The notes under the pieces were generated by a model. The model was not told the origin of the DNA and did not search any database. It worked only from the letters and a program-made list of their open reading frames with translations. Positions 12,546 through 25,985 of a stretch of 64,000 nt of DNA are shown piece by piece (within the stretch, counting starts at the first letter, position 1; every line of letters starts with the position of its first letter). Source of the DNA: Felis catus (lineage: Eukaryota); the NCBI RefSeq assembly GCF_018350175.1, contig NC_058368.1, positions 28,584,001 through 28,648,000 on the forward strand, given 5' to 3'. The translations under genes were made by a program, and so were the position numbers.

Positions 12546-13809
12546 ATGTAAAGGTCCTATGAAAGAGGTGGAAGAAGGATCAAGAAACAGAGATACAGAG
12601 GAAGGACCAACAAGGACCATGGACTACATACACCTCAAGAATTTTGCTGGGGGAAGTTAGCGCCATTTTACAGCATGGGGAAATAAACAACTGTTTATAG
12701 AGTGGGCAGGAATTAGTCCAGGGGAAATGATGGAATGCCAGAGAGAGAGAGACTAGTTCCTGGGAAAAGATCTGATGCACAGGTTGAGGAATAAGGCTTC
12801 TGAAACCCTGCTTCTTCAGAGCCAAGAATAAAGGAGTCAAGGAAGAAAAACATGCCATAAATGTTGACTGTTATGAGCTGACTGGAATCCAGGTCTAAAG
12901 CGTGTATTTCTTTCCTGTCACCCCAGGGTACAGCAACTGCCCGCAGTACAAAGGTCTTAGACTGGCTGGGTCCATTCTTGGTCCTTTTCCCAGACTCTTG
13001 CACATGAGGCCCACTTTCCTAGACACTGCTTTGACTCTGTCTCCAGCTTCACCACCTTTCCACCCCGCCAGGGGCCTGGCCAGTCTACCTTGGGTGCCCC
13101 TTCCTCTCCTCCACCTTTCCAACTCTAGCCTTTTTAGTCCAGAAAGGGACCTGCAGAATCACAAGCAGATAATGGGATGGGAGCTCGGGAGCCTTTCCTG
13201 ACCCAGCTGGCGTTGCCTTACGTCTCTGCCACAAGTGGGTCCCAGTTGCACCCAAGCCCAGAGCAAAGTACCTGCCATTCTGTCTGCCCAGTCCCGCCTC
13301 TCCCCCTTACCTGGCCCCGCTCCTGTGAGGCTGGCAGCAGTCTGGGGATCACAAGGATGGTGGCCAAAGGTGTAGGGAAAGGGTGGAAACTGGAGCTTGA
13401 GGACTGGGGCTGTTTGCATTTAATCTTCATGGGGATGGGGGCCTTGTGCCCTGCAGCAAGTCAGGGAGGATATCTTGGGCCCGTAAATCTGATGTGAAAA
13501 TCATTTAATGACACCTTTGCTTTTTGTGTCACCAAGGAAGTGTATCAATACCTTACGTTTTAATTTCTTTACCAATAAGAGTTCATTGAACACTTACTTT
13601 GTGCAAATCATTAACATTGGCTTGTTCAGAATCATGTTAAACAGTTCTCATTAGGTAAGTGTCTCTGGTCACAAGGTGTGGAACTTTTAGAACTTTACAA
13701 ACTGTTAGACTGAAGTTAAAGTTATAGTTCATTTCGTGTCTTATTTACCCGTGCAATGTGTTTGAATGCGTTAAAGAAAAATGTTTTTTAAATCATGGTT
13801 ATTCCATGC

Positions 13810-14270
13810 ATGCATGCATTCATTCACTCATTCATTCATTCAACAAATATGTGTTGAGAACTTACTACACCTGAGGCCTGGTACCAGGGAGACATCTGTA
13901 CTTGTATAAAATAGTGTGGTAAGCGCCACGATGCAGGGAGTACTGGAGCACATAGAAGCGATGCGCAAAACCATCCTGAGTCATCAAGGGAGGCTTCCTG
14001 GAGGAAGTGACATGGAAAGTGAGACTTAACTCTTATGAATTAGCTAGACCACGTTGGATAGGGAGGGGCTGTGAGGCAGGAAGCCGTCCTGTGGGGGAAA
14101 AGGAACTCTTTATAAAAGTCTAGAGGTAAAAGAGAGCTGGTTCTTTCAAGTTCTGAAAAGAATGGTAATATTATTGTTAACTATAGCATGAGGCAGTGAA
14201 TGTGAGATGACACTGAAGAAGTGAGCATATGATGGATCATGAAGGGCTTAATACAGCACCAAAGACTTTA
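13810..14270 (-). mobile_element. L2 3' end (antisense)
   Basis: CATTCATTCATTCAACAAATATGTGTTGAG tail motif and GGGAGGCTTCCTGGAGGAAGTGACAT. Confidence 0.75.
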
Positions 14271-15189
14271 TGGGTTCACATCTTTAACACAGTAATAATA
14301 GCAAGCAGTGAGCACATCAGTTGATTGACTAATTAATCCTTTTAACTCCTAGAAGGCAACGGAGGTTGGATTATCACAATTTACTATCTTCCATCTCGAA
14401 TACCCTGATATTATGTCTTCAAAACTAGAGGGCACAGGTACCATTTTAAAATATCTACTTCTCTTCTCAATTTCTTTTTTAAATAAAGGCTGAAGGAGTG
14501 GAGAATCACAGGAATGATGATTGAAGGGGGAGGGAGCCATTTTGAACAGGCTTAGAAATCATCTGACTAACCAGTCTGGCATCTTTGAAGATCTAGAAAT
14601 TAACAGTTTCCTCCAGGGCAGAGTAAGAAATACATGCTGGAACAGGCTTTACCCTTTGGAGAGCGGGCGAAGGATGAGGTTGGAAACTTATTTCAAACAC
14701 AAGATTCTCATAATTTCATTTTTTAAAGCACACTGCTTTGAATAAAGAAATCAAAATGAACAAACAATTGCAGGTTCGACTGGCCTATTATTAGAATATG
14801 ATATTCTTGCCTCACAATCTAAAAAAATACCCTGTCTATGACTAGACATCAGATGAATGTACCTTCAGAGTGAACTTTCCTGAAGAGAAATTTCCTGTTG
14901 GAATCAGTCAGTGACTAGGCCGCAGAATTAGTCATGTTGTTTAATTTGTTTAAGCATATCATTAACAAGATTAAAAGCTTTCCAAAAGCCGGGATTGAAG
15001 GTTAAGGGTCATTAGCATTAAACGCTTACACTCCAAAAAAATGAAGTGGTGATTTATGATATTAATATTCTAATGTTTTGTTGTCAGTATTGAGGATAGG
15101 CATAGGTTGGGTTTTTCAGTGAACAGAGAGAAAAACAGACCAATTATCCTGCCCCACCATGGCCAGCCCTCCCCAAAGATTCTTCAGAG

Positions 15190-15220
<31 letters not shown>

Positions 15221-15399
15221 TGGAAAGGAGCAGTGTGCCTCTGAATTACTATGAAGCTTTGTCCCAAACTGTGATGAGGTCCTTTGCTAAGCTTCGGTGG
15301 GCTAAGGCAGGTCTAGAGTCAAAGGCCTTCTTCCCTTGCTACTCTAATGGTGAGGAAAGAACAGTCCAAAGAAAATAGCCCCTGTTTCCTCACCTCTCC

Positions 15400-17280
15400 T
15401 TAACCCATTTCTAATCCAGCTCTCTGTCTTTCCCCCACGACAGAAGCTAGTCTTGTCAAGCTCACCGTCATCCTCCATGTTACCAAATCCAATGGATACT
15501 TTTCCGTCCTCACCTCACTTAGCTTTTCAACAATACTTGACCTTTCAACACAGTTGATCACACCCTACGTTTTAAAATACTCCCTCCTCTTGACTTCTAG
15601 GTTTACAGAGAACCATGAAACTACCCTCGTTTCCTTTTCTTCCCACCTCACGGGGCATTCTTTCTCAATCTCCTTGGCCGGCTCCTCCTTTTTAGCTCAA
15701 ACTCTGAATGAGATGAGTCCCAAGGCTCAATTTTAGGCCTCTTTCTCTTCTCTATCTATACCTTCTTCCCAGGTGCTTTTGTTGGGTCTCATGCCTTGAC
15801 TTTTAAATTATATGCAGAGGACATCTGTATTTATATTTCCAACCTGACTCTTCCCCAAGCTCTGTTCTTATACACCCACCTACATACTTGACATCTCCAT
15901 TTAGGTATCTAATATGTGCATTAGGTTTAATGTATCCAAAATAGCTTTCACCTATAAACTGCTTCTCTCTCATACCAGTAACAAATACCAATATTCACAC
16001 AGGAGCTCAAATAAAAGACCTAAAATGAGTCCTCTTTTCCCCCTAACTCCAATATCCAGTCCATCAGCAAGTTCTGTCAACTTTTCCTCCAAAATTGATC
16101 TATCCATTTCTAGCTGTCCCGACTTTCCTTTCGTGTGAACCACCACAATCTCTTACTGATTATCGTGCTGGTCTCTTAACGGGCCTCCCTGCTTCCACTA
16201 TTACCCCTCCTGTACAATCCACATTCAATACAACAGACAGAATGTTTTTGGGGTTTTTTTACAGCATAAATCAAGTCATGTCGGTTATCTGCTTAGCATT
16301 TACTAATGGTTATGAACACTACTCCGAAGATATTTGAAATTCCAAAATTCTCAGGGTCCTTTTACTGTCACCTGCCTACTTTTCTGATCTGATGTCATAC
16401 CACTTCCACTTCATTCTCTGTACCCCAGTTATACCACCCTTCTCGTTCCCCAAACATGTCATGTTCTGTCTTGGCATTTTTTTAATTGAAGTATAGTTAA
16501 CATACAATATTCTTTTAGTTTCAGGTTTATATCATAGAGATTTGATATTTTTATATGTTATGAAATAGTCCCCACAATAAGTCTAGTTACCATCTGTCAT
16601 CACACAAAGTTATTACAATATTATTGACTATATACCCTCTGCTGTACATTACATTTCCATGACTCATTTGTTTGACAACTGGAAGTTTATACCTCTCAAT
16701 CCCCTTTGCCTATTTCGCCTACCCACCCCCAAATGTCTCTCATATCTGGTAACTGACAGTTTCCTGGATCTATGAGTCTGCTTTGGTTTTGTTTGTTCAT
16801 TTGTCTTTATACTCCATCTATAGGTAAAATCATATGGTATTTGTCTTTCTCTGACTTATTTCACTTAGCATAATACTCTCTAGGTCTATCCATGTTGCTG
16901 CAAATGGCAAGATTTTACTCTTTCCTAAAGCCTATTACTAGGGCCTAGTAATATTCCATCACATATATCTCACATCCTCTTATCCATTCATTTAGTGATG
17001 GACACTTGTTTCCATATCTTGGCTATTGTAAATAATGCTTCAATGAATATAAGGGTGTGTAAGTACCTTCTCAGTCTCTCTCAATCATTCACCCTGTTTT
17101 ATAGTCTTCATAGCACTTATCACTGCCAATTACTTTATTTGTTCATTTGTTTACTAACTGTCTCCCTTCCAGAATGTAAGCATTGGACAAACACACACCT
17201 GGTCCTGTTCATTGCTTTCTTCCCAGTATTTAAGTGCCTGACACATAGTAGATGCTCAATAAATTATTGTCGAATAAAGA
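15400..17280 (+). mobile_element. L2 remnant interrupted by an L1
   Basis: L2-like motifs (CCAAATCCAATGGATACTTTTC, ACTTGACATCTCCATTTAGGTATCT) and 3' end CACATAGTAGATGCTCAATAAATTATTGTCGAAT. Confidence 0.75.
16478..17060 (-). mobile_element. L1 3' end (L1MA-like) nested in the L2
   Basis: TTTAATTGAAGTATAGTTAACATACAATATT...TTTGTCTTTCTCTGACTTATTTCACTTAGCATAAT, the antisense L1 3'UTR. Confidence 0.85.
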
Positions 17281-19499
17281 CTTTACCCCAAGGCTTACCA
17301 GCTAACACTTGTATAGCAGCTGCTATGAGCCAGAGGCTATTATAAAAGTTTTACACATATGCCCTCATCTCAACCCCAAACAACCCTACAGCAAGGTACT
17401 GCTACTTCTGTACTTTCCAGATGAGGAAAATACGGCACTGAGAGGTCACACACCTAGCAAGGAGCAGAGCTGGGATTTCACCCAAGCAACCTAGCTCCAA
17501 AGCCCATGCTCTTCAATACTGTATGACATTGCTTGGCTTAGGTTGCTCACCTGTGGCCTTCTCAGGTCAGGAAAGGACCCTCTTGCCTGTCAACCCTAAC
17601 ATCCCTGACGGAGAGAGAACCCTAAGGCAAAGTAGTAAGAGCTGAACACTGTTAAAGAAAGAACACGCCAGCCTGGGCTAGAACTTTATGGCTTTTCTTG
17701 ACATAGTGGGGTGCTCTAAACACTGTGTGCTTTGATACAACATGCAGAGTGTATGTGCGTATGGGCATTCACCCCCACCACACCCCACTGCCAGTGCAGA
17801 GAGGGAGGAAAGGTGATCAAGAGCCAACATTCCTCTGATTTTTTGCTAAGTCACAGCAATGGTAAGTCAGAGTGGAGGAGATCGGTACAACAGCTGAAGA
17901 ACCCTACCTATATCTTCAAGAGGCTGCTGCTCATCTATGACTTTGCCCATGAGTTATCCACCCAGGATCCATGAAATGGAAGGACTCAGCTTCTCAGGGT
18001 CCCCATATGATCTTGCCATAACTCTCAAGCCACAGAACTCAGAGGCCACCTTTCATCTTTCGAGGGACCTGAGACGTCTCTTTAGCAGGGATTCCAGTTT
18101 CCTCTCTGAGATCGTCCTTCCCCCTCTAGAAACCATGCACAGTCCAGTCACCAGCCCTGACCGCAGAGCAGTTAAGTGCCACTGCTTCTTCCAGGTCTCA
18201 TCTTGAAAAGCAGTTGGACCCAGATATGCATTCTTCGCCCTTTCACATGGGACAGCCTGACCACTAAGATCTCGAGCCATCACCTCTCTGGATCCTTGTC
18301 TCCCGTGGTGATGTCTAAGGCTAAGATCGTTTCCTGGGCAACAGCTCTCTGTGCATTTGTAACACCCAGTGCCACTCTCCCAAAGACATCTTGCAGTTTC
18401 TGTACCAGCCTGGCTCCTCATAGGCAAGACTTTCAAATACAGGGTCTTTTTTAGTAATATTATTGATGGCTAGTTTTTTCCATGGTCTAATTAGTCTTGC
18501 TTCTCCCTAAGAAGAAATTACTTTTTGCTACGTGGCAAGTCTGCCTATTCTTTTGTATCTGATCACTGATGGGCTTTATCACACTGGGACCCTGAAATCC
18601 ATGCCCACAATCTAGGTTGACCTAACAGCCATGAGGACCTCCATGAATCCTGATGTCAAATCATATGGACAACCAAGACTGGCCTTGCTGCTTACTTCTC
18701 TGACTAGCTCTCCTCTTAATTATAGAGAGCAGAGGTCTGTAACTAGACCCACCTTGAGAACTTACAGGAGCAGGTTCAAAGAGACCAGTGATAAGCCCCA
18801 GGTAATCCCACAGTTGAATACTACCCTGGCTCCTTCCTTGATCCTGGATTGGCTCTAAGATGTTGGCGAAGATAGGAAAATGGTAAGGAATATTTATAAC
18901 AAGGAGCATGACCCAGAGCAACCAATCCAGAAGCATATGGAATTAACAATTACAAGGTCAAAATTCTCACACACCAAGACTGTTTATCTGAGGGTGACCT
19001 ATAGCGATCACATGGAATTTTACTACTACTGCATACGGCCAGCAGTAGGTAACATGCGGGCAAGACAGACAAAATTAGATAAAGGGAAAAACCTGACTAG
19101 AAGACAGAATTTCAATTTTGTCTGTGGACATACATATATTTTCCAGTGAAATTACTTTGCTCCTTCAATGTCACACTATTGCTCACCAAATCAAGTTCAA
19201 GTTCTATCATGTGGTATCTGAGGTCTTCAATAATTAAGCTTCACCCATGCTCCCTTTTTAGATTATTATTTGCTCACCAGAGTTCCCAGACTCTGGAATT
19301 TCATAAATGAGAGAAATTTTTAGTTGAGAGATCAATAGGAGGATGTTAAAGTGAAGAGCATTCATTCATAGCTGCCCCAAATCTTTTGAATAACCTTTCC
19401 ACAGTGTGATAATTGTATACTTTCCCTCCCAAAGTCCATAAAGCTCCATTTCCCAGCGTCTCTGTCCTCTAGGCTTCAGACCTTAGACTGATAAGACAT

Positions 19500-19790
19500 A
19501 TCCCCAGGAGACTTTGATCCAGGCTCGTTCAGAGGGTTGGTTCCAACTAGGCAGTGTGGTCCGTGTCAGCAGCTTGTGATGGTGGTGGTGCCTGACTGGA
19601 TTCCTGATCCTGAGAGAAGCAGCAGTTCATTTGGGAGGACAGTTCTGCAAAGTGGTTCTGGGAGTTCGAGCTAGAGTTCACCTGTGTAGGCTTCAGGACA
19701 AGCTGTCTATATAACTTAATAAATCCCTTTGTACTTAGATTAGCTGGAGTGAATATTTTGTTTTCAATCAAGAATATCATTCAAGAGAGG
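19500..19790 (+). mobile_element. ERVL/MaLR-type LTR 3' part
   Basis: AATAAATCCCTTTGTACTTAGATTAGCTGGAGTG resembles the polyA/U5 region of class III LTRs. Confidence 0.45.
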
Positions 19791-19825
19791 TGTTTATTAT
19801 TTTAGTTTGCCAAATGAAAGTATTC

Positions 19826-20066
19826 TTTTTTACAAAAATTTTTTAAGCTTTTATTTATTTTTGAGAGAGAGAGAGACAGACAGACAGAGACAGAGACAGA
19901 GTATGAGTGGGGGAGGAACAGAGAGAGAGGGAGACACAGAATCTGAAGCAGGCTCCAACTCTGAGCTGTCAGCACAGAGCCCAATGCAGGGCTTCAACCC
20001 ACGAACTGCGAGATCATGACCTGAGCCGAAGTTGGATGCCTAACAGACTGAGCCACCCAAGTGCCC
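19826..20066 (-). mobile_element. Can-SINE
   Basis: Antisense body; TSD TGCCAAATGAA(A/G)GTATT at 19808-19824 and 20067-20083. Confidence 0.95.
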
Positions 20067-22479
20067 TGCCAAATGAAGGTATTTTAAGAACAAACCAGCT
20101 TTGCCTTCCATTCAGTTGGCAACATAGATTCATGTCTGTTTATGACTTTTGTTCTCTGGGGATATAAAGGCCAAATGGCAACTATTATTCAGAAATATGT
20201 AAGTTGGAGGATGTAGTGAAGTAAGATGTGATCCCGTATCAGTCCAGGGAGAGTTAATAAACATGGCACCAGAGAACAACATTAGCTTCCTTTAGACAGT
20301 TTCAATAAAGGCAAATAGCACAGGCATCTCACTTCCTCTATTTTTCCCTTACTGCTGTCCTATGAATAATACCAAGCCTGAGTTCTGCAGCTGAGCTCCC
20401 AAAGAAAAGATCTCTACAATGAAGACAAGTTGTCACTACCAACTGTCTGTATAATCTGTTCAACTGCTATCGTAGTTTATCGTTACAATATTCTGAATCC
20501 ATTACCCTTGATGATTTGGACATTTATTTTTCCATTAGTGTCTTTTTCTCTAAGATCCTTGTCTTAGATAGAACAAGAAAAAAAGAAGAAAGAAGCAGAT
20601 AGATCATAAGGAGAAGTTAGAACTAAGAGGGTTAGGAGAGAAGAACACCAAGAAAGAGAAGGAAAGAACATATTTCAAGTCTAGAGAACATCTAAAACCT
20701 AATTCTCTTTTCTCTTTGCAGAGCTAACTTGTATTTTAATGTTTGCCTCCAGCTTCTGGAGGATTGGGTCCACCATTTGCCACCTGGGATGGGAAATGAG
20801 CAAAAATACTGCTTGTGGGGTACTATGTTGACATACTTAATTCTAATAACCATCATTTAGGTGGTAAATGGAATTTGATTTCATAGATCCCACCTAAATG
20901 AGGCCAGTGGATGTGCCATTTCCTTGAGACTGCCTTCCCTGACCCCTGAACTCAGGTTGGTCCCTCTTTACAAACTCACATGGTACCGCATCTGTCTTCA
21001 TTTTAGTACTGATCATCACTTTGAATAAATAACCAATTGTGCAGAAAGACACTATCTACTATCACCATCACTTAATAACAAAATATTTAGAAAGAGACAA
21101 CTTTATTTTGAGAAGATAAAAATGTTGTCAAATGTAGAAAAATCATACTATAATTTAAAATATACACTTTTTGTAGTAGTTTTTTGATACAAGTTTGTTG
21201 ACTTTGGCACTTTATAGACACTGCAATAAGGAAGAAGAACTCAATGTCCACCTGGTTTTAGTAGTGTGGTTTTTAATAGGTTTACCAAAAGATTTCAGTC
21301 AAATGGATGTCATAGTCTCACATGATCCAAAAATATTCCAGGTGGAGTGAGAAAGGCTATGGAGCAACAGTCCCTACACTTTTCCCTGCTGTGTCTGTAC
21401 TGTCCTCAGAGCATCAAGCCATGTGTCTGGCTGGTCAGGGCTGCAAGAAAAATTCTGCAGAAGACTTTCTGCTTAGGGCTGCCCAGCTCAAGCCCCTCAT
21501 GGCCCTGCACAGTCAGAAATCCATCCCAGAGAGACTCTGTAGGCCAGAAGATAAGGGGATGAACTGGCATTCGTATGGGACCAGCATTTGAAGACTACCT
21601 TGTTCAGTCCCCCTAACTATTCTCTACACATGCACCTTTCACTTCATTCTCCCTGGGTGTTGAGTTAGGAGCTTGTCTTTTATTCATATATAGTTTAGAA
21701 GTATTTAAACATGTTTAGTGATTTTTCATCTTTGTCATTTGTCAGCCATACTGCATAACTATGCTATTTTCCAATATAATTTCAAAGTTTAACTGAGGTA
21801 TTTATAATTTACTTTGGCAGATGCTCTGTAAAGATCATAAGACTGTTCTTAGTTTGTGCATGAATTTATAAATGGCTTTACCATTTGTTGGAAGAAACAT
21901 AAAAACAATCTCTCTTAATTCCATATTACTATGCTTTCCATTCTATGCTTGACTTCTGTAAGGCTTGGTTGACTTCCATACATCAATTCGGTAGAATTAA
22001 TTCAAACAGTAAGCACAATATACAAATCAGGTGTTACTAATACATAACTAGCTCTAACCTTAAGATTTATCAGAATGATGTTAAAGGGCTTCTTCAATAA
22101 ATATAACAATTTTACAACTGTCAATTGCACATTAGTATAAAGATCCAAAAGATAATGATTGAATTGGATGTTAGATTTTTCACAATCAACTTTCTTGAGA
22201 GAAATGTTCAAAAAATCATCCCCAAATTGACGTGCTCAATAACTGTTTGATAAACTTCAACACCCATTCCCAGCAACACTCTGCATAAGCTAGGAAAAGA
22301 GGGAAACTACCCAACTTGTAAAAAAGCATCAATCAGGAACAACAGCAAAAATCACACTTAATATTTATCCATTAAAGCCAAGAGAGCAAGACAGAAAATG
22401 TTCACTATTACTGCTACAGACACTCTTTTACAGAAATCAATAGCAATAATCAGTTGTTTTTTTAAAAAAATCTATTCAT

Positions 22480-22645
22480 GGGGCATGCAGGTGGCTCAGT
22501 CGGCTAAGTGTCTGACTTTTGATTTCATCTCAGGTCATGATCTCACAATTCGTGGGTTTGAGACCTGTGTTGGGCTCTGCACTGACAGCGTGGAGCCTGC
22601 TTGGTATTCTCTGTCTCTCTTTCTCTCTGCCTCTCTCTCTCTCTC

Positions 22646-22685
<40 letters not shown>

Positions 22686-22690
22686 AACGC
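22480..22690 (+). mobile_element. Can-SINE with (GAAA)n tail, inserted in an old L1 remnant (~22250-23130)
   Basis: Head GGGGCATGCAGGTGGCTCAGTCGG; flanking duplication ending CTATTCAT. Confidence 0.9.
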
Positions 22691-23365
22691 TTTTAAAAAT
22701 CCTATTCATAATGGTAACAAAAGACATAAAATACCTAGGGTAAATAGAAACAATTAAGATTTATATGAAGAAGACTATAAGGGGCAGTTAAGAAGATATG
22801 GATATATCTAATTCCTTCATGGTAAGACTTAAAAATATTATATATTTAAATATTTATGTTATTATAAGTTATTTATATAAATGTTATATAATGTTAATTC
22901 TCCCTCAGTTGATATATAAAATCAATTCCTAAAACCATTTGACTACATCCATTCATAGACATTAACATGCAAAGATGTACCTAGTATATTTAAAGGCAAC
23001 TAATGGGACAATATATACAGTATGGTGCCACATTTAAAACAAACAACAAAAAAAACCTCTGTGTGTACATATAGACATGCATACAAAAAAGCTTGGAAGG
23101 TTGCACAGTAAACTATTAGCAGGGTCTTATTAATTCAAGAAAAATTCTAAATATCTATCCACATCAATACAATTAATAAAACCAAATCTATTTCTATATA
23201 TATAAAATCTATAAACTTATTATATCTCATATAATCAATCAATATAACTAATACTAATTTACCCAATAAATCATGTACTAAAATTTTATATTCATTAAGT
23301 ATCCATTTCATAATATACCAAAAAGTTGAAGCTCCTTTTAAGAATTTTTTTAAGATGAACCTTCC

Positions 23366-23390
23366 TTTTTTTTTAAAAGTTTTTTAAAGT

Positions 23391-23425
<35 letters not shown>

Positions 23426-23609
23426 TTTTGAGAGAGAGAGAATAAGCAGGGGAAAGGCAGAGAGAGAGAGAGAGAGAGAGAATTCCAAACAGGCTCTATG
23501 CTGTCAGTGCAGAGCCTGATGCAGGGCTCAAACTCATGAACCATGAGATCAGGACCTGATCCAAAACCAAGAGTTGGACCCTTAACCAACACAGCTACCC
23601 AGATGTCCC
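23366..23609 (-). mobile_element. Can-SINE with (TTTA)n tail
   Basis: Antisense body with GA tract. Confidence 0.9.
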
Positions 23610-23939
23610 TAGACTTTTTTGCTTAAGGTTTTTACTTTTGAATACTTTGAGGATTACTTAGCTAATTTATTTAATATATTTTAGGCAAACAAGTAGATTT
23701 CACACTACGAATTGGAACAAAGACCAATACTCTCATAATAATAAAATTAATCAGAGCATTTCACATTTCTTTGTCATCTCCTTTATCTTTTTTGTTTTGT
23801 TTTGTTTTGACACAATGACGAAGAGGAAACAGAGATTGAGTATAAATGAGGCACTTTTCTCTGGTAAACTATAAATGAGCAATTAGAATCATAGTTTATG
23901 ACATATTACAAAATGAACTTGGGTTGATTGGGGAGTTGA

Positions 23940-24410
23940 ATGAAAATAATCAATTTTGCAATTGCCTCTGACCAAGAAAATAATAATTTTACAGCAAAAG
24001 GAGTGATACAATGGGCTCATGTCCATGGAATTCACTGATCTTCCCAAGTCCCCATCATCTAGATGCCCCTAGGGAATGCTGACATGGTACAAGGTTGGAG
24101 TGTGGCCCTATAGGATGGAGTACATGCTTTGAATCCATGATCAAAGTGATCAATATACAGCAGTGTGTCTCCCAGAGCCAGAATGCCCAGCCCAGGAATC
24201 AAGGTTTGGGGATGGGGATCTATCCTTTCACTATCACATGTAAGGACCCACAAATGTTTGCCTCCCATCCCTGCAACTTTAGGTTCTGCTGGTTTAAGGT
24301 CATGGCTCTCAAGGAAGTAATACTCTCTTCAAAACCTACAACTACATTTCTTCTATTGAAATGGAAGTTGAGACTGTCACTTGGCCATTGGGAACTCTAC
24401 TGAATTAACC
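23940..24410 (+). mobile_element. ERVL/MaLR internal sequence remnant
   Basis: Motifs resembling the ERVL pol 3' region (GGGCTCATGTCCATGGAATTCACTG; TGGAAGTTGAGACTGTCACTTGGCCA); recognised from memory, frames broken. Confidence 0.55.
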
Positions 24411-24966
24411 TGTAAGGAAAAAATGAACAACATAGGGGCCACCTCCATCCTCAGCCCACTAAGACAGCAGTAGGTATCTTTAAAAGTTCAGCAGTTATAG
24501 AAAATCAAATTCTAAGAGAGATGATTTTAACATTTAAAGCAGTTCAAAAGAAACTTATTGACCTAAAGAAACATCTCGCCAATTCAATCTGTGAATAGTG
24601 TTGCCAGAGAAAAAGAGGAGAAAATTATCACAGAGATCATACGGAAAGAAATCACCGAAACTAACTCGTCCTCAGTTTTGAAAGAGCAAGAATATCTGAG
24701 TCTCTGAGTATCTTGAATATCTGGAGAATTATTCCTGGGTATCTACTTGTCAAATTCTTGAGCTATAGAGACATGTGACATTTAATGGAAATAGATAAAG
24801 AGGAGAGAAAGCTATCGTTCAAAGATTCAGAGTAAAAGATGTTTGAATTTATGTAATAGAATATAAGCAAGTCCTAAGAATAAAACTGCCATGAATCTCT
24901 TAAAAACACTAGATTCTCACTACAAATCCATTATAATGCACTTTAAAAAATATATATATATTAGTA

Positions 24967-25179
24967 GGGGCGCCTGGGTGGCGCAGTCAGTTAAGCGTCC
25001 GACTTCAGCCAGGTCAGGATCTCGCGGTCCGTGAGTTCGAGCCCCGCGTCGGGCTCTGGGCTGATGGCTCAGAGCCTGGAGCCTGTTTCCGATTCTGTGT
25101 CTCCCTCTCTCTCTGTCCCTCCCCCGTTCATGCTCTGTCTCTCTCTGTCCCAAAAATAAATAAACGTTGAAAAAAAAAA
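24967..25179 (+). mobile_element. Young feline-type Can-SINE (SINEC_Fc-like)
   Basis: CpG-rich, A box TGGCGCAGTCAG (24979-24990), B box GTTCGAGCC (25035-25043), feline-type GGGCTGATGGCTCAGAGCCTGGAGCCTGTTTCCGATTC; TSD A-run-(TA)n-TTAGT. Confidence 0.96.
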
Positions 25180-25784
25180 TATATATATATATATTAGTTG
25201 ATTTCTTAGGGCTTTTAGATGTTGTTTGTTTTGGTTTAAGGCAGACAAAATATTTGGCAAACGTAGAGCCTGAAGGCATATTTTAACACAAACTGCATCT
25301 ACAAAATAAACTACAGAACATTGGGGTTATCTGGAGGAACAATAAACTTAAGTGATTTAGATGACTATCATAGCAATAGTAATTAAGTACCTTAAGTAAA
25401 GTATTATTGTTATGAAATCCAGGACACAAAAGGAGAACAGTGTGAAAACTATTTCTGAACCAAATTTAAAGTATGAAAATAACACTAAAGGAAACATAAT
25501 CTTGATGTATACTAAAACTTGGTACGTAGTAGAGAGCTCAATAAATGTTAATTTCCTTATTTTTCTATACCAAAAGTATTTGCAAAAACAGAAAAACAAA
25601 GCAGAGATGGGGGAAAAATATTGGTTTTATAAAAAATAAAGACATCATATTGAGAAATTAGAAAGCAATTTTATTGATAGACTGAAGCAAGAGTGTTTTT
25701 TTGTGTGTGTGTTACCAAAATTATTCAACAACTAGCAAAACTAGGCCAAAAGAGAGAGAAATCAAATTTAAAAATCTAAAATAA

Positions 25785-25985
25785 GGGGAAGCCTGGGTGG
25801 CTCAGTCAAATAGGCATCCAACTCCTGATTTTGGCTCAGGTCATGATCACATGGTTCAAGTGGGTTCAAGTCCCACATGGGGCTCTGTGCTGACAGTGTG
25901 GAACCTGCTTGGGGTTCTCTCTCTCTTCCCCTTCCCCACTTACCTTCTCCCTCTCACTCTCTCCCAAAATAAATAAGCATTTTTT
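25785..25985 (+). mobile_element. Can-SINE
   Basis: Body plus TSD AAAAATCT(A/G)AAATAAGG. Confidence 0.92.

Noticed and set aside
24967..25050. tRNA gene
   Set aside because: The A/B boxes belong to a tRNA-derived SINE head followed by a CT tract and A tail.
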